Origin: Adineta vaga
Lineage: Eukaryota; Animalia; Rotifera
Direction: 5' to 3'
Assembly: GCA_021613535.1 (NCBI GenBank)
Contig: CP075495.1
Location: forward strand, 7,502,001-7,566,000
DNA length: 64,000 nucleotides
The translations under genes and the position numbers were made by a program. The notes beneath the pieces were generated by a model. That model was not told the DNA's origin, made no database searches, and saw only the letters and a list, made by a program, of their open reading frames with translations. This document shows, in pieces, positions 13,835 through 29,790 of the stretch (within the stretch, counting starts at the first letter, position 1; every line of letters begins with the position of its first letter).

Positions 13835-14623
13835 AAAATATTTATGAAAATCGTAATAGTGAAGATCATATTTATACCTATCATTATGTAAACCCATTCT
13901 TTTTTTCTCAGCTTTTTTCTCAAAAATATATATATATTTAAGAATAAGAATGTCAAAACGAACTATGCGTCAAGTTTATCCTATTTTAACTGGATACATT
14001 GATCTGAAGATATGAACTAGACACAACACTCTATTTATGTATAAACTACTGAAAAATAAACGAAATCTTTCTTGCGAGGATATCTGATATATCGATTGAT
14101 ACTAAGTAAATAATGTACTACCATGCATATACAACTGATATTCGTGAAAGTTGTTCGATCTCATCAAATAACAGCATGTAAAATAAACATTTCTGTGGAT
14201 CACGTACGAAAATCAAAAACTTCATCAAGATTGAGAGTACATAGAATCATCTCATCATACTTTTTAATAATCTTTTTATTTCTGTATATGCATATATGTA
14301 CGTTTTATATGTGTGTTTTTTGTTGAGAAATAAAATGATGTTAAATGAGAGAAAGAAACCAATCTTCCAAGTCAGAAATAAAAGACAAAACAAGAAAGAA
14401 TAGTACTAAAGTGAATAATACTTTCAGAAATGTATGACGAAGAACAAAAAATAACAAGAAAAAAAGAGTAAACGAATGGCGACGACGACGACAATGACAA
14501 TGGAGAGAAAAGATTTGTTTTGGTTTTTTTTTCAATTGTATACGAAACAAAACAAGAAAGAAAAAAAAATGAATTCGATAGACTGACAGACCGATAAAAA
14601 CAAAACAAAAACAATGATATCAG

Positions 14624-16848
14624 TTAAGTGTAACCTGACCAGTACAATTGTTGTCCACTTGTTTGCGTATTTCCATTAATATTTGGTGCAGCTGATCCAA
14701 TAGAACTTGGTTCAAATAATGCAGATGGTACTTCATAGACTGTTTGTGGTGTTGCTGTACCAGGATTTAATGCTGTTGTAGTATTCGTATTTGATGCTGT
14801 TGATAAATTTGCAAGATTAAATTGCGAAAATAGATTTGATGGCCATGAAGTGGCTGTAGCACCCCCCGATGTAGTTAAATAAATCGGTTGTTGAATAGTT
14901 GATTGTTGTGCTAATGGATAATAGATCAGATTTGACCTAAAGAATATAGAAATAAATATAGATATATTATTGAACAAAGTCATTTTTTGGAAGTATATTT
15001 TTGGCCTATAAAATTTGTGGTAGAACTAAAAATATAATAGATCATCGAAGTCAAACCAAACACAAACGAGAGCCAAAACAACAAACAAACACACAAAATA
15101 CACACGGGGATAAAAGAGCACATATCATGATCATTTCATATTTTTTTATCTAGTTGAAAGGAAAAGAGAATCAGAGATCAATCGTTACGAAAGTCTGTTG
15201 GATGTATATGCATATGTATATGTATATAGTAGATATATATGTACACACGGCAAACAAAATGCAAACGGGCAAAACAAATATCAAAACACGGTCAGAGCAC
15301 GCGAAAAAAACACCCACAAGCACCTTTTATATTTAATTCACTTTGCTCTTCATCCGTTGGCAGCTTTTTGCATTAGCCTAGAGATAGACAGAAAGATAGG
15401 AAGAAAAGAATGCCGCACTTCATTGTCTCATGAATTTCTTTACGAATTTGAAGAAGCAACAAAGAAGAAAAGTGGTAATTGTTTATCCAACTTTCACCTT
15501 TCTTTCTCTCCTATTCTTTTCTCGATTATATACATTAGTTTCCATTCATTGAAAAATGCCATCGGCAAAAAATGCTTTCAAACTTTACTTTAATTTCGTC
15601 TCAGTCGAAAAAAAAACAACAAGGACAATCTGAAACCTCTCCGATCAGAGTTTATAATTGAGTTTTAAAAACAAATAAATGGCTTCTAACTCAAATAGAA
15701 AAATCTCATTAAGACGAAGAATATCATCTTAAAATGACATACGGATAAGCAGTAGCTGTTGATTGATATGCTGGCATACGAGCCAATAAATTATAACCAA
15801 CTAAAATGAAAATAAAAAAAAACATGTTAGCAATTCCAATTAGTTTTATTTGCATACGTGGTAATGTCGCTGTACGATTCTTAGCACCCATATAAGCTAA
15901 ATTAACATTAGCACGACGACCATCAATTGTTGGATTGGGATCTTTTACAGCTTCTTCAGCATCTTCTTTTCGTACCATCGTTACCTATTATAAATACATA
16001 AAGAAAATCATCTAGATGCAATGAAACATCGTTTTTCGTTTAAAACTAACAAATCCATATCCACGTGATTTGCCTGTACTACGATCATTGATAACAACAG
16101 CTTCTTCAATATCACCAAATTTAGAAAAAAATGCTCGCAATGTTTCATCAGTTGTATGATAAGGTAAACCTAAAGAAAATTTTCTTAAGTAATACTTTTC
16201 GTTTATGTTTTCTTTTGATTACCTCCGACAAATATCTTTGTAAATGTCGTATCTTTTTGTAAATTGGCTTGCATTAATGGATAATAATTAGGTGAATGTG
16301 ATTTGATTGATGCAAATCGTGGCGTATAACGTTGTCGATTAATTGAATTAAGGACAGGCGACGACGGTGTGGGCAAAGTATGCAACCAAGAATGATAATA
16401 GTTCGAATTATTATCGTCACTATTCGGAGTGACTTTTGTTAATGTTGATCTTAAGAGAAGGAGAGAAAACGAGCTGCTTTGTCGTGTTGATGTGATGTAA
16501 GTTTCGTATTTGTTTTATGATAAGGAAGAGTTATGAAAAGATTGTTTATGTTAAAAATGAAGTGAAAGAAAAAGAAACTCTCTCTTTTATAATACAAACT
16601 CTTGAAGCCTTTTATTTTCTTTTCTTTCTCTATTTAACTGCTGGAACCAATCAGATGAGACAGAAGAAAAGTGTTGAGAATTAAAATAAATAGACTTACG
16701 ATGATGGTCGCATCCAAGATTGATTATTATTATATTGATGATTGTTAGTTGATGGTGGTGATGGCGGAAAATATGTTGGGTGCTGACGCCAATCTTGCCG
16801 TGGTGAATAGGAGGATGGTGAACATGATAAACGTTGATGATGTTCCAT
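14624..16848 (-). CDS. RBM24: RBM24/RBM38 (SUP-12/SEB-4) RRM RNA-binding protein, multi-exon
   Basis: [19 protein letters not shown]...[22 protein letters not shown]...[18 protein letters not shown] is the family signature; the 5' exon is less certain. Confidence 0.88.
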
Positions 16849-17745
16849 TCGATATCAGATTATATATTGAATGAAATGAATACGATTAACGTTACGTTCT
16901 ATTATTTTATTTTGTGCTCTGTTTAAAGAACGAAAACAAACGATTTCATATAGACAGATAGACGAATAGAAAAAAAAGAGAGAAAAACATGCTTTTCCGT
17001 CGGCGAATTATCCCTCGATATACATATACATGTGCATTCATACATATATGAAAAGATCATGAATAGAACGAACTAGACGGCGAAAGATAAAAATTGACGT
17101 CAAAGTAATACACAACCTTGTTTGCCTGTCTCTCCCGTTTGAAACATGTGATTGAGTCGAATTAGTATTCTTCGCAGACGGTAAAGTATAAAGATAGAAA
17201 CAATTACTGTCTAGTAATACTAATTCGAATAGAAATAATAGTTCTAAGTACTATGTCATGATCCTTCAAATCTATCTAAGAAGCTCGAGTAAATAGAATA
17301 ATATATAAATATACAGAACGAATTTAAGATAAAAACATAATGTTCAATTCTTCCTTATTTATACGATTAATGTTCCTATGACTTATGATAATAATATTCT
17401 AGTCAATCCTTATAAGAAAACAAAATAACTGTTATGCAAAGAACATTTCTACAATTAAGTTTGTTTTAGTACGACTTCCTTTATGCAATAAATGTACAAC
17501 AATGACCTACTTTTTAATCTAATATTTGAATGAGAATATATATATTCAAATGATAGTATATGCTTGTTGATCAACTCGATAATACGAATGACTTCTGAGA
17601 AGAAAAAAACAAACGAAGAATGTACTGCTTCATCATGCACATCAGTACTTGACTATATTTAAATTTTTTTTGCTGTTAAATCATACATATGACATTTCAA
17701 GAGTTCAATGTGCATTGATATTCACCATTGTTTTGTGATTGTTTA

Positions 17746-19835
17746 TCAACTAATAATGAATGCTTCATTATCCATACACATCGAAGTCATTTTATTGAAT
17801 TGATCAAGTTCAATTTGACTATCGAATGAAATATTTGAACTGTTCGATTTAACTATTGGATAATGATTCATTAATGGTACAGATATTTTAAGTATTTTCA
17901 TATCATTATGCTGTTCAAGAATATTATCATCGAAGAGATCTGATATTTGATTGGATTTGACTAAAGGTAGTTGTGTCATATCACTATCTGTTGATATCTG
18001 AATTGCTAATTGTGTTGGTGGTTGTCCATTTACATTTCGATGACGAGTAGAAAATCGATGTGCGATTTGTTCTGGTTGAATATCGAAATTAGATTGTTCC
18101 ATCCATGACCAGGATGAAATATTAGTTGAAGGTAAAGAATCTATTGGTTGATTATCAATATAATCAAATGTATCATACGGTATTTGATTCCACAAAGAAT
18201 TTATATTTGATTGTTCGGCTGAATATTGAATAGTGACCATAACATCATGATGAATATGTAGAGATTTTTGTTTATTTATTGAATCATCTGAAGATGAAAT
18301 TGTTGGAGAACGTCGTTTGAATGAATAACATACGATGATTGATAGTATCAAACAGAAGAAAATGAATAGAGTAATGAGAAGAATTCTATTAGAAATCGAG
18401 TGTAATGCGAATTTAAATGCAAAGACTAATGTATGTCTTACATGATGATTGGATGAAAGAAATCGAGATTAGTTGTATTCTTTGTCGATATATGTAATGT
18501 CATCTCAAATTCTAATAGTTCGTTTTCATCATCACCAATACACATGTATTTTCCTAAATTTTTGACCATCTTTTGAATTTATGTGAACATTTTTCAATTT
18601 ATCAAACCTTGCATTTGTTCAGTAATGTTATTTAATACAAGTGTTCGATTATTCGATATTTGATATTTTGGTTGATATCGTTGATAATACCATGTATATT
18701 TCAAATATTTTTCTGAACCATCGATTGGACCTATAAAATATACATAATCATATATCTCGGTTATAAATAATTAATTCCAATTTTCTTGCAGACACACAAC
18801 TATGAATAACGATTACATTATGATAGGGAAGACTATTTTAATTGATGTACTGATACTACTTCTGAAAATAGGTTAGATAACTGGTTTTATATCAAATTTC
18901 TTACATTGTATTTGAATGGTTTGTCCTTGTTCAACATGAATATTTCGTATATGAATAATATCATTTGTAAACGACATATCTCGATATGGAATAAGTTTGG
19001 TTCGACATGAATCAAATGTATAAATATCTTTCTTCCATGGATTATAAAATGGAAATATTATCATTCTTGTTAGTAATTCTTCTGTTTGTATCAACGTCAT
19101 ATTTTGTAAATAACTGGTGCTATCGAAGATATATTCACATTGTTTTCCTGATGATTTCATTGTTAGTGTTTGATCAGTTATAGGAAAATTAATAGGCTGA
19201 AAATTGATACTAGTTCGATAGATATTTTCTTCGAATAAATTTGCTCGACAATCATTGATCAATACTTGTCCAGAGATTTGATTATTTTTCTGAGGATGCA
19301 AATAGATTTTCTCTGTACATATTAATGATGATGAATGGAATGAAAGAAGTGCAAAACGTGTTTGAATTGAACATAGAGTTGAATGACTATCATCTTTAAG
19401 ATAAGTCATTGATAAAAATACATGTGAAAATAATGGTGATGTAACATTTACAAGAATGAAATCACTTCCATATTCTACTATAATCGGACAAATTTTTATC
19501 AAACAAATATAAGATGTGTCTTCGATTTCAAAATTTCTTAAGAAAATCTTTACACGTTGAATAGTTCGATTACCAATGAATTGTTGTTCATCAATAAGTT
19601 GAATATCAATCTAAAATTAGTTTTAATGCGAAGGAAAATCTTCGATGTCAATACTTACTTGATATGCTGACTGACATTGAATACAATTTAATGGCAATAA
19701 TGGAAGGTTTAGTTGAGTTGTACGATTAAGAAAGAGATAATTTAGAGAATTTGATTCTTTAAAACAAGTTCTATAGGCATAAGCTAATTTGAATAACAAT
19801 GACACACAACAAATAAGTAACAGTTGATGAAACAT
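17746..19835 (-). CDS. Type I membrane protein with signal peptide, membrane-proximal Ig-like domain and ~190 aa cytoplasmic tail
   Basis: Signal MFHQLLLICCVSLL; Ig-like C...WYYQ...LVLNNITEQMQGKYMC; TM ILLITLFIFFCLILSIIVCY followed by KRR. Confidence 0.65.
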
Positions 19836-20013
19836 GTTGATTGAATTTCTAATCAACTCTTTCTTTCATTAGCTATTCGTTTCTGATTTGTTTATTTTCT
19901 CTTAGATAAGTAAAATCATGAATACAATGACAAAAAACACACATATGCATGGTCTTTAGAAATTGATCGTATGAAAGATATATGTTGAATAAGAAGGAAA
20001 AATGATTCACTGA

Positions 20014-20741
20014 TTATGATGAAGGACGTGCATTACCATCTGTAGAGAATGTAGCAGTATTTGGAGGGGCATGAAGGTCTAAATCAATATAATGGACATT
20101 ATCAAATGTTGTTGTTGTTGTTGTTGGACGTGAGGGTGATCTAAATGTATCATTGCTTGTATTAACTGCTGTTCGCGGTACACGACCACCAGTACTTATT
20201 GTTATATTGATATCTACTACACATCCACGTCCATTTATTGGAATTGTTTGACGAATGGGTGGTGATGTATAATTAGTAGAAAGTGCACGTTGTGATGGTT
20301 GAATTTCACTTCTTCGTTCAGCAACTACTCCAGCATTTGAACTAACAGTTTGATTTGTAACGGTATGTTGCTCAGAAAAACCGCCACTATGACCATCATT
20401 TACCCTTAGGTGAGGATTTCGAAAAATGACACGATCTTTATTGTCATGGTTTTGATAACTATCACGTACTATCAAACCTTCATTACGAATTGACGAAATT
20501 GGACTTGCATGGTTATCTTGAGAACTATAACGATTTGTACGTTGTGGAGCAGATAAGTTATCAAATGAATGTTGTTGACTATTTGTAACGTTTGATTCGA
20601 TACGCATTGCTCTATGTACATGATTATTATTTGGTTTATCATAGTAACCATTTGAATCTTAATTTAGTAGAACAAAAAACAAACAATGTAAAGAAATTAT
20701 ATGAAAATAGTTTTTAAATTACCTTGTCGTGGACGAGACAT
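20014..20741 (-). CDS. Unknown low-complexity protein, 2 exons
   Basis: MSRPRQ exon with GT donor spliced to a long S/T/N/R-rich ORF. Confidence 0.6.
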
Positions 20742-21867
20742 GATTAATGTTGATATATTATACTATCGTGTAGATGTCTATGACTAAGAATGTTGAAGTT
20801 ATGAATGAGACACAGAAAAGAAATGTCAGTATATAAAGTGAAAACACTCTTTTTCATAAATAACTTCGAAGAATTACACATACCTCAACGACAATAAAGA
20901 TACAGACACCTCTTCTCTTCTTTTCTATCGCAGAAAAAACACTGTCGAAAAGAAAAAGGTAAGAAACATGTTAGATAAACGACTACAATAGTTAACCACA
21001 CAAATTTACCAAACAAAAAGGTATTAAATAGTTTAAATTCCATATTATCACTGAGAAGATTCTTTTCCACAATGAATTACAAGGTAGAATTTTGAATAGA
21101 CATTTTCATCAGTTAGGACTTGAAATTCAACTTATCTATAAAAATATGTAAAAGATACGATATGAAAGCAACAGTACATCGAATTCATATTCCAACTGAT
21201 ATTTATTGCATAGATTTAACGTCGATAAGATCTCTCTTTTTTTTGTTCTATTTGGTTTTAAAAGATAAACAAAATAAATAAACAAACAAACAAACAAACA
21301 AGCAATCATGGCAACGTTTCAAATGTTATCTGAAGATGATAAAAGAGAAACCAGTAACAAACGTAGCTGCTCAATTATCTTGTTTCATAGTCAAAGAAAA
21401 CTAACTTATCGTGAACAAAAATTTATCTATTGATGAATAACAATCAATCTTTTACAATTTCATTTTATTTACGAGAAATACGTATGATAAATTAAAACTT
21501 CTCAGATTATGGTGATATTTAAAGTCACGCATTCTACTTGTTTCTTCAAGCCTTCGAATATTTACCATTTCTTTTATCAGTAATTTTTTTATAAATATTT
21601 TGAAAAAATATTAGTTTTTCTAACAATATTACATAGCATTATTCATTCATAGAATCAGCAGTTTTATGTTTTCATATATTTATGTCAATATATCCTTACT
21701 TATCAGAAAATTACGTCTTTTCTTTCTTGACTTTGCTATTCATAATATTGATTGTTTATTAATGAATTTTAATCCAAAATTGTTTCTTTATTTCTTTCAT
21801 ACATATATATATATATATATATAATTTCAAATTCAATGATAATACAGTAGATATTCAGGAAGTCTTT

Positions 21868-22687
21868 TTATTGCTGTGCACAACTTTGTCGTTTACTTGT
21901 TGTACGTTGATCTTTATTCGCAGATAAATTTGGATCTGATGAACGACGTGTTATATCACAATTAAGTGTCATATTAATATTAGATAAATGTAAAAGAAGA
22001 TGAAATGCTTTATATACAGATTCACGTTCACGACATGTAGTTTCGATAAGATTCGATGACCATTGTTCACGTACGACTGTTTCAGCATAATCTCGATTTA
22101 TTTCACGTATATTTAAATCAACATCACACTTATTTCCAACGAATATCATTGGTATAGATGTAGTTACTAAATCACCTTTGATTTCTAGAACAAGTTGATA
22201 CATTCGTTGAGCAATATCAAATGAAGATGCATCATTGACGGCATAAACAATAAGAAATGCGTCACCACGAGCAATAGCTAAACGTCGCATAACAGGAAAT
22301 TCATCGATTCCAGCTGTGTCTAATATTTCTAATATAATATGACGATCAACAAGTGCAAGTTCAGCGCTATACATCTCATCGACAGTTTCTTTATGCTCAA
22401 TAACGAATTTTTCGGCTAAAAATTGTTGACATAAACATGTTTTTCCTAAGAAATACAAAATAGAAATATATAATACTAAAAATTCATTTTTACGAACCAA
22501 CTTTAGTCGCACCAAGAACAACAATGCGAAGTTTTTCTTCTGGTCCTTCATGATCTATCGTTGCTGCTCGTTTCGATTGAAAACTAGGACGATGATGATG
22601 TCGACGAGGTGATGGATTTGTCGATGTACGTCTTCGATTTTCTTGAAGTGTGAGTGATGTAATATCATTCGATAGATCCGATGACAT
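21868..22687 (-). CDS. RASD/Rhes/DIRAS-like small GTPase; intron 22446-22497
   Basis: P-loop LGATKVGKT, DTAGIDEFPVMRRLAI, VGNKCD and C-terminal CAQQ (CaaX-like). Confidence 0.85.
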
Positions 22688-24165
22688 TGAAGTAAATGTT
22701 CTGAATATTTAATATTGTTGCATACGATAAAAAAAATAACAGTTAATGAGTGTATCAAGAATTTTTACATATATTAAGATGATGTGCGTGTTTAATTCCA
22801 GTCGACTGATATTTTTAAAGAGAGAAGCTCATGACAATCAAACTAAACATATAGAAATAGACACTGATAGAAGAAAATAACGCAACAGAGAAAGAGAGAG
22901 AGAGAGAGAGAGACGATGGGGGAAGCAGTAACTGTCAAAAAGAGAGAATCGTTGTCGTTTTTGTTCTTTGCTTCCTTCTCTTCGGTCTATCTACTTACTA
23001 TTCAGGCAATTTTTTCTGTCAACTATTGCTCTCGTTTTTATGACATATACTGAGTTATTACAATTGGCACGTTCATTTTCGTGTCATCAGTTTTTTCTTC
23101 TTTTTCTCTATTATAAATAAATATAAACTATTGCCGTAATTCCTATGTATACATACATAATAATTCAGTAAGAATTTCATTATTTGATTTTAACTGGAAT
23201 AAAATAAATACTTTTTTTTTATTTATTTATTTCTAACAAAATAAACTTATCTAATGAAGATCGAAGAAGAAAAGATTATTGCAAGTGAATTCTCTTGAGA
23301 TTCTCTTTTCTTATTGACAAATCTAACTCGATAAATAATGTCGGAAATGGATAGATAGTTTTCTCGAAGATTTCCTTTGAAATTATGAAAATATATATAA
23401 ACAAATAAATGATAAGATAAGGTCTCTGTTCATGTTACACATCATCGTTCCAAATTTGTTCCTATACTTTATTTTCCACTCTGACACATAACACATATCG
23501 AGTAGTAAATAATTAAAATGTCTATCCGTATTTAATAATTCAAGAAGAGAAAGATTACTTTTAATAATATCCTCTTCCTTTTCCATGCATGTTTCATTAT
23601 CAGCTATTTAGAAACATATTAAAATATGATACATAATAATGCTATATCATGGTTCTCTTAACTAGTCTCTACTTACTCACGTGCAATGATTACTTGATTG
23701 AAGAACAATTATTATCATGAAGGATTCAGTGGTCTGTTAGATACAAAAAGAACAAACTGTGTATCATATTTTATCATCTGAAACACTGAGTATGTTACTA
23801 AATAAGAGATATATCTAATAAGTTTACTAATTTAATATTTATATATAGAAATAAATCTTCCTAGATTATCGTAATATCTATGAAAAACGATCTATTTATT
23901 GATATTCATTTGATAGAAACAAAGTTATTTTTCTGGTGCTTTGGAACTCATTTTCTATATTTATCTAGAATAAACATATAGATGACTTGCATGATTCTAG
24001 TCGGAAGTCATTTGAAGCCTATGAGTTAGTTGACTGAAAGCTATTCTCTAACTTACAAGATAATTAGTTAATCATCAGCTATATGAGTATCATGTCTTGT
24101 TTCTAGAAGGAAGAAACCAAATGATTCTGGAATCTATTCATACAGATCGTTGATTGTAATAGCTT

Positions 24166-24572
24166 TTAAAAAGATGCTACTTCAGCCATATCATGTTCGT
24201 CATCTGTTGACAACAATGATTCGTTTGAATCTCGATTTGATGTATCTTCTTCAGTTTCATTTTCATCAGAAGAAATAATTGATTCATCATCACTGTCATC
24301 ATCTTCTGAAATCATCGGATCAACACATAACGGAAGAATAATAGTTAATAGAATAGTTCCTAATATAAAGCCAATTACAATTAACAGAATACATATAATA
24401 AAGAATATTTTCATCACATCATTTTGTTTTTTTATGAAATTCTAGGATAATCATCAATCGTTAATAGATAGATATAAAAAAAATTTCAATCAACCTGATC
24501 AACATGACAAAAGATATTTGGTAGAAGCAAGATTAGGATAAAGCAGTTGATAAGCTGAAACATGCTTGCATT
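24166..24572 (-). CDS. Small single-pass membrane protein with acidic tail; 5' end uncertain
   Basis: Hydrophobic exon (~24496-24572) splices in frame to exon 24166-24441, which has a TM segment and D/E/S-rich tail; start codon not located. Confidence 0.45.
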
Positions 24573-24984
24573 CTAATATGAATAATATGTCAAACGCGCA
24601 TTTTCAAAAAAAAAGAAATCATTGAGAAAAAATTGTAGTGAAAGTTTTACTTATTGATATTATACAGAATTTGTTATTATAAATAGTTCGAGCAATAATA
24701 TTCTATTCTATTTCTTCTAGATATCAGCATTGTCGTGAAAAAAATGTACGTTATCATTTACTTTGAATAGGGATGCAACGAATTACCCTTGAATTTTGTA
24801 TAGTTACAAAAATAATCAAACGAGCAATTCAAATATTCTAATTGTAACGTTCTCAAGTGGTAATTGGATCATCTTCCTAAACTTTTATTTAAAAACAGAG
24901 TGAAAAACACACGTTTAATAACTACGGTAGGACTGGCAAGAAGAGGAGTTTTGATGATAATCTTCATGAATTTCAACAATATAT

Positions 24985-25594
24985 TCAATGATATTTGGCC
25001 CATTTATAATGTTCTAAATAAGACACTAACGATATCAATCGATCTTCTACTTTGAAATAACTTACTTCTATCTGGTATAGCAAAGACGACAAAATTAAAT
25101 AATGAAGCAACTACAAAGATTTGTGTGTACCAAATAAGATTGGGTTTCTTATTATCCAAATAGGCCCGATAGAATTTCCAGAAAGCTAGAGAATAGATGA
25201 ATCCATTTCTTTCTTTCTTTCTCTGTTTATTATCATTGTAAAACTTACTTCGAATACCACCTTGATAGATTCCCATTGGAGTTTTATCTCGTCGAGCAAT
25301 CCATGCTGGTACATCAGCTAATTTTACATCACCAAAATGTAAATCTCCTAAAAAAATTGAAAAAAATAAGAAAAAACATGAAATGCAGCATTCTTTTAAC
25401 TAACGTTTTCCATAATAACGCCATGGACAATAAGGTCCATGAACACGCGGATTGAAATCACGTGGATATTCATTGAAAACTTTTAAATATTTAGCCAAAT
25501 TAAGATATTGTAACGGATCCCATGTTGCTTTGATGCGATCGGGATTACCCGGAATAATAGTTTCATTAGTTTTACTATACCAACCATCACTCAT
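24985..25594 (-). CDS. ATP5MF: Mitochondrial ATP synthase subunit f, 4 exons
   Basis: YPRDFNPRVHGPYCPWRYYGK..FGDVKLADVPAWIARRDKTP and C-terminal HYKWAKYH*. Confidence 0.88.
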
Positions 25595-26204
25595 GATGAA
25601 CTGTTCGGTTTGAAAGAATTCGTAAAACTAACTATACTATATTATCAAATTTAATACAAGTTCGTCCGACGCCATTGAGTCTGCTATTCGTACACTAGTA
25701 ACTACCAACCATAAGACAAAAGCGCTATGTTCTATGTAGAAATAATAATAAATAAAACGACAAGAGAATTAACCCATAGGAATGAAGGAGAAAAAAAGAA
25801 AACATAGTTCGAAAAAAAAAGTTTGTCATCATTTCCATTCTAAGATAACAAAATGCCCTGATGTTGTGAATTTATTTATTTTGCAAAGAAAGTGTGATAT
25901 TGCGGAATTCTTCTGTAAGTTAACGTGTTTGTTTTTTTTTCTCTTTATACGCTCGCTCATATTCGTCTTTAGCTTTAAGTAAATATAAAAGAATAGGTTT
26001 TAGCGCGGATGATGTTGTTCATCTGAATGATTTAATAATAAAGAAAACGTTTGGAATGACAGAGTGGAATAAAAGAGAAAAAAAGCATGCCTATCAACAA
26101 TAAACACACTAACGATGATCGACATACAACACATACAAAAAATATACACACACAGGCGCACGCAGTGTTGAGCACATCGAAAGAAAGAAAAAGAAATCAT
26201 TTGT

Positions 26205-27483
<1,279 letters not shown>

Positions 27484-27577
27484 TTAAATAATAAAAATGT
27501 AAAGCTAGTTAAAGAAATACGTATGTATCCTCGAAATGAGTGGCCTGAAATGATGATGGTTCGTTGCTTTGTTTCGG

Positions 27578-27681
27578 TTTATATACAAATATGGACGAGA
27601 CTGTGTTTCTTCTTCACTTTCTCTCTCTTGCTATTCTTATTCATCGTCGGCTTGAAATTCTATTTGTATTGCCATATAAGG
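27578..27681 (-). promoter_or_regulatory. Actin A promoter: TATA box (27578-27585), CArG-like site (27585-27594) and perfect CArG box CCATATAAGG (27672-27681)
   Basis: TATATAAA on the minus strand ~115 nt upstream of the ATG; CC(A/T)6GG is the SRF site typical of actin promoters. Confidence 0.65.
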
Positions 27682-28044
27682 ACATTTGAAGCGAACGTTC
27701 GGCCAATGAAAGTGAAACGGATTGAAGAACGCGCAAACGAGGGTGGCGAGTATATGCTGCGTGCATACGAAGAGAATGAGTGTGAGCTTTAGTCATATTC
27801 GATAGCAAAAGACATGCTTACAAATGGTAAAACAACGACGAAGATAGTGATTATGTAAAGAGATTAGTCATCGTATTTTTAACAATAACACAAAAATAAA
27901 AATGATAACATGCAAAAGCAGAAAACATCATGATAAAACAAATGTTTACATTTATTTTTCTTATATGAATAAACTAAAATAAGAAAATTTACGACGTTTT
28001 AATTCATTTTTTAGATTAAAAATTAAATTAGAAAAAATTAGAAA

Positions 28045-29790
28045 ATGGGTATTCTTGAAAGAATTGCCGATATTGAAAAGGAAATAGCACGAACACAAAA
28101 AAATAAGGGTACTAATATTCACATATCTCTTGAAAACAATTCATGAAAAAAGATTATCTATTTCCTAGCTACGGAATATCATTTGGGTTTATTGAAAGCG
28201 AAATTAGCAAAGTTTCGTCAAGCATTGATGGAAGGTGATGCTAAGAGTGGTGCTGGCAAGGTTGGAGTAGAAAAATAAAATTTAGAATTGTTTCATCTAA
28301 TAAGTATAGTAAATTCTTTAGGGTGAAGGTTTTGATGTTGTAAAATCAGGTGATGCACGTATTGCTCTTATCGGTTTTCCATCAGTCGGTAAAAGTACTT
28401 TACTAAGTACAATTACACGTACAGAATCAACAGCTGCTTCATATGAATTTACAACTCTAACGTGTATTCCTGGTGTTATTGAAGTAATTATTTAATATAT
28501 ATAAATCAAACATCAATTATATGACTATATATTTATTTTGTTTTTTAGTACAATGGTGCAGAGGTATGTGTAGTTTATATTGATAATCATTTCGAGATTT
28601 GATTGATATTGAACGATAGATTCAATTACTCGATCTACCCGGTATTAATTGAAGGAGCTGCTCAAGGTTTGTGATCAAAATTCTTTACTTTTTCGGAAAG
28701 ATCATAACGATGTTTGATATTTATTCAATATAGGTAAAGGTCGAGGTCGTCAAGTTATTGCCGTTGCACGTACAGCTGACATGGTTTTAATGATGTTAGA
28801 TGCCACAAAAGGTGATAAACAAAGGTAAAAGTTGTTTATAAAATTCAGCTTTCAAAAAAATCTCGAATATTTATTATCTCTAGAGAAATTCTCGAAGAAG
28901 AACTTGAAACTGTTGGTATTCGATTAAATCGACGAAAACCCGACATATATTTTAAGGTATTATTGTAAGTGAGTTTGGGAAAAGATTATATATCTTAGTG
29001 AAATACATTTAGCCAAAAAAAACCGGTGGAATTAATATAACAAGTACAGTACCAATGACAAAATGTTCAGAAAAAATGATTCATATGATTCTTCATGAAT
29101 ATAAAATGTTTAATGCACAAGTTCTCTTTCGAGATGATTATACAAGCGATGAATTTATCGATGTTGTGGTTGGAAAACGTGTTTATATGCCATGTCTCTA
29201 TGTAAGTTAAGAGAAAAAAATCAAATAGAAAAAGATTTTCAAGAGAATTTTATTTTAGGTTTACAATAAGATTGATCAAGTATCCATCGAAGAAGTTGAT
29301 CGACTTGCTCATTTACCGAATTCAGTTGTGATCAGGTTTGATAAAGATATAGAAGAAAATTTGCTTTTAAAAATATCATTTCTTATTTATTAGTTGTAAT
29401 ATGAAATTAAATATCGATTATATGCTTGAAAGTATATGGAAATTATTGAATTTAATTTCTGTTTATACAAAAAAACGTGGAGAAAAACCAGACTTTGAAG
29501 GAGGTTTAATCATAAGATCTGGATCAAATGTTGAATATATCGTAAGTCATCGATTAAGTTTTCTATTGATAAAAAATCTCTTATTCAATTTAGTGTCGAC
29601 TTGTTCATCGAACAATGATTGATCAATTTAAATATGCACTTGTTTGGGTAAGAGAATATTTTGAATAATAGAATATATTTCAGACTATCAATTTCTATTG
29701 TAGGGAACATCAGTAAAATTTTCTCCACAGCGTGTCGGTCTTTCACATGTTTTACAGAATGATGATGTTATTTGTTTGGTGAAAAAATAA
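28045..29790 (+). CDS. DRG2: Developmentally regulated GTP-binding protein 2, multi-exon; apparent 1-nt insertion at ~28647
   Basis: [61 protein letters not shown](I)EGAAQGKGRG, NKID and a TGS-domain C-terminus. Confidence 0.95.
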
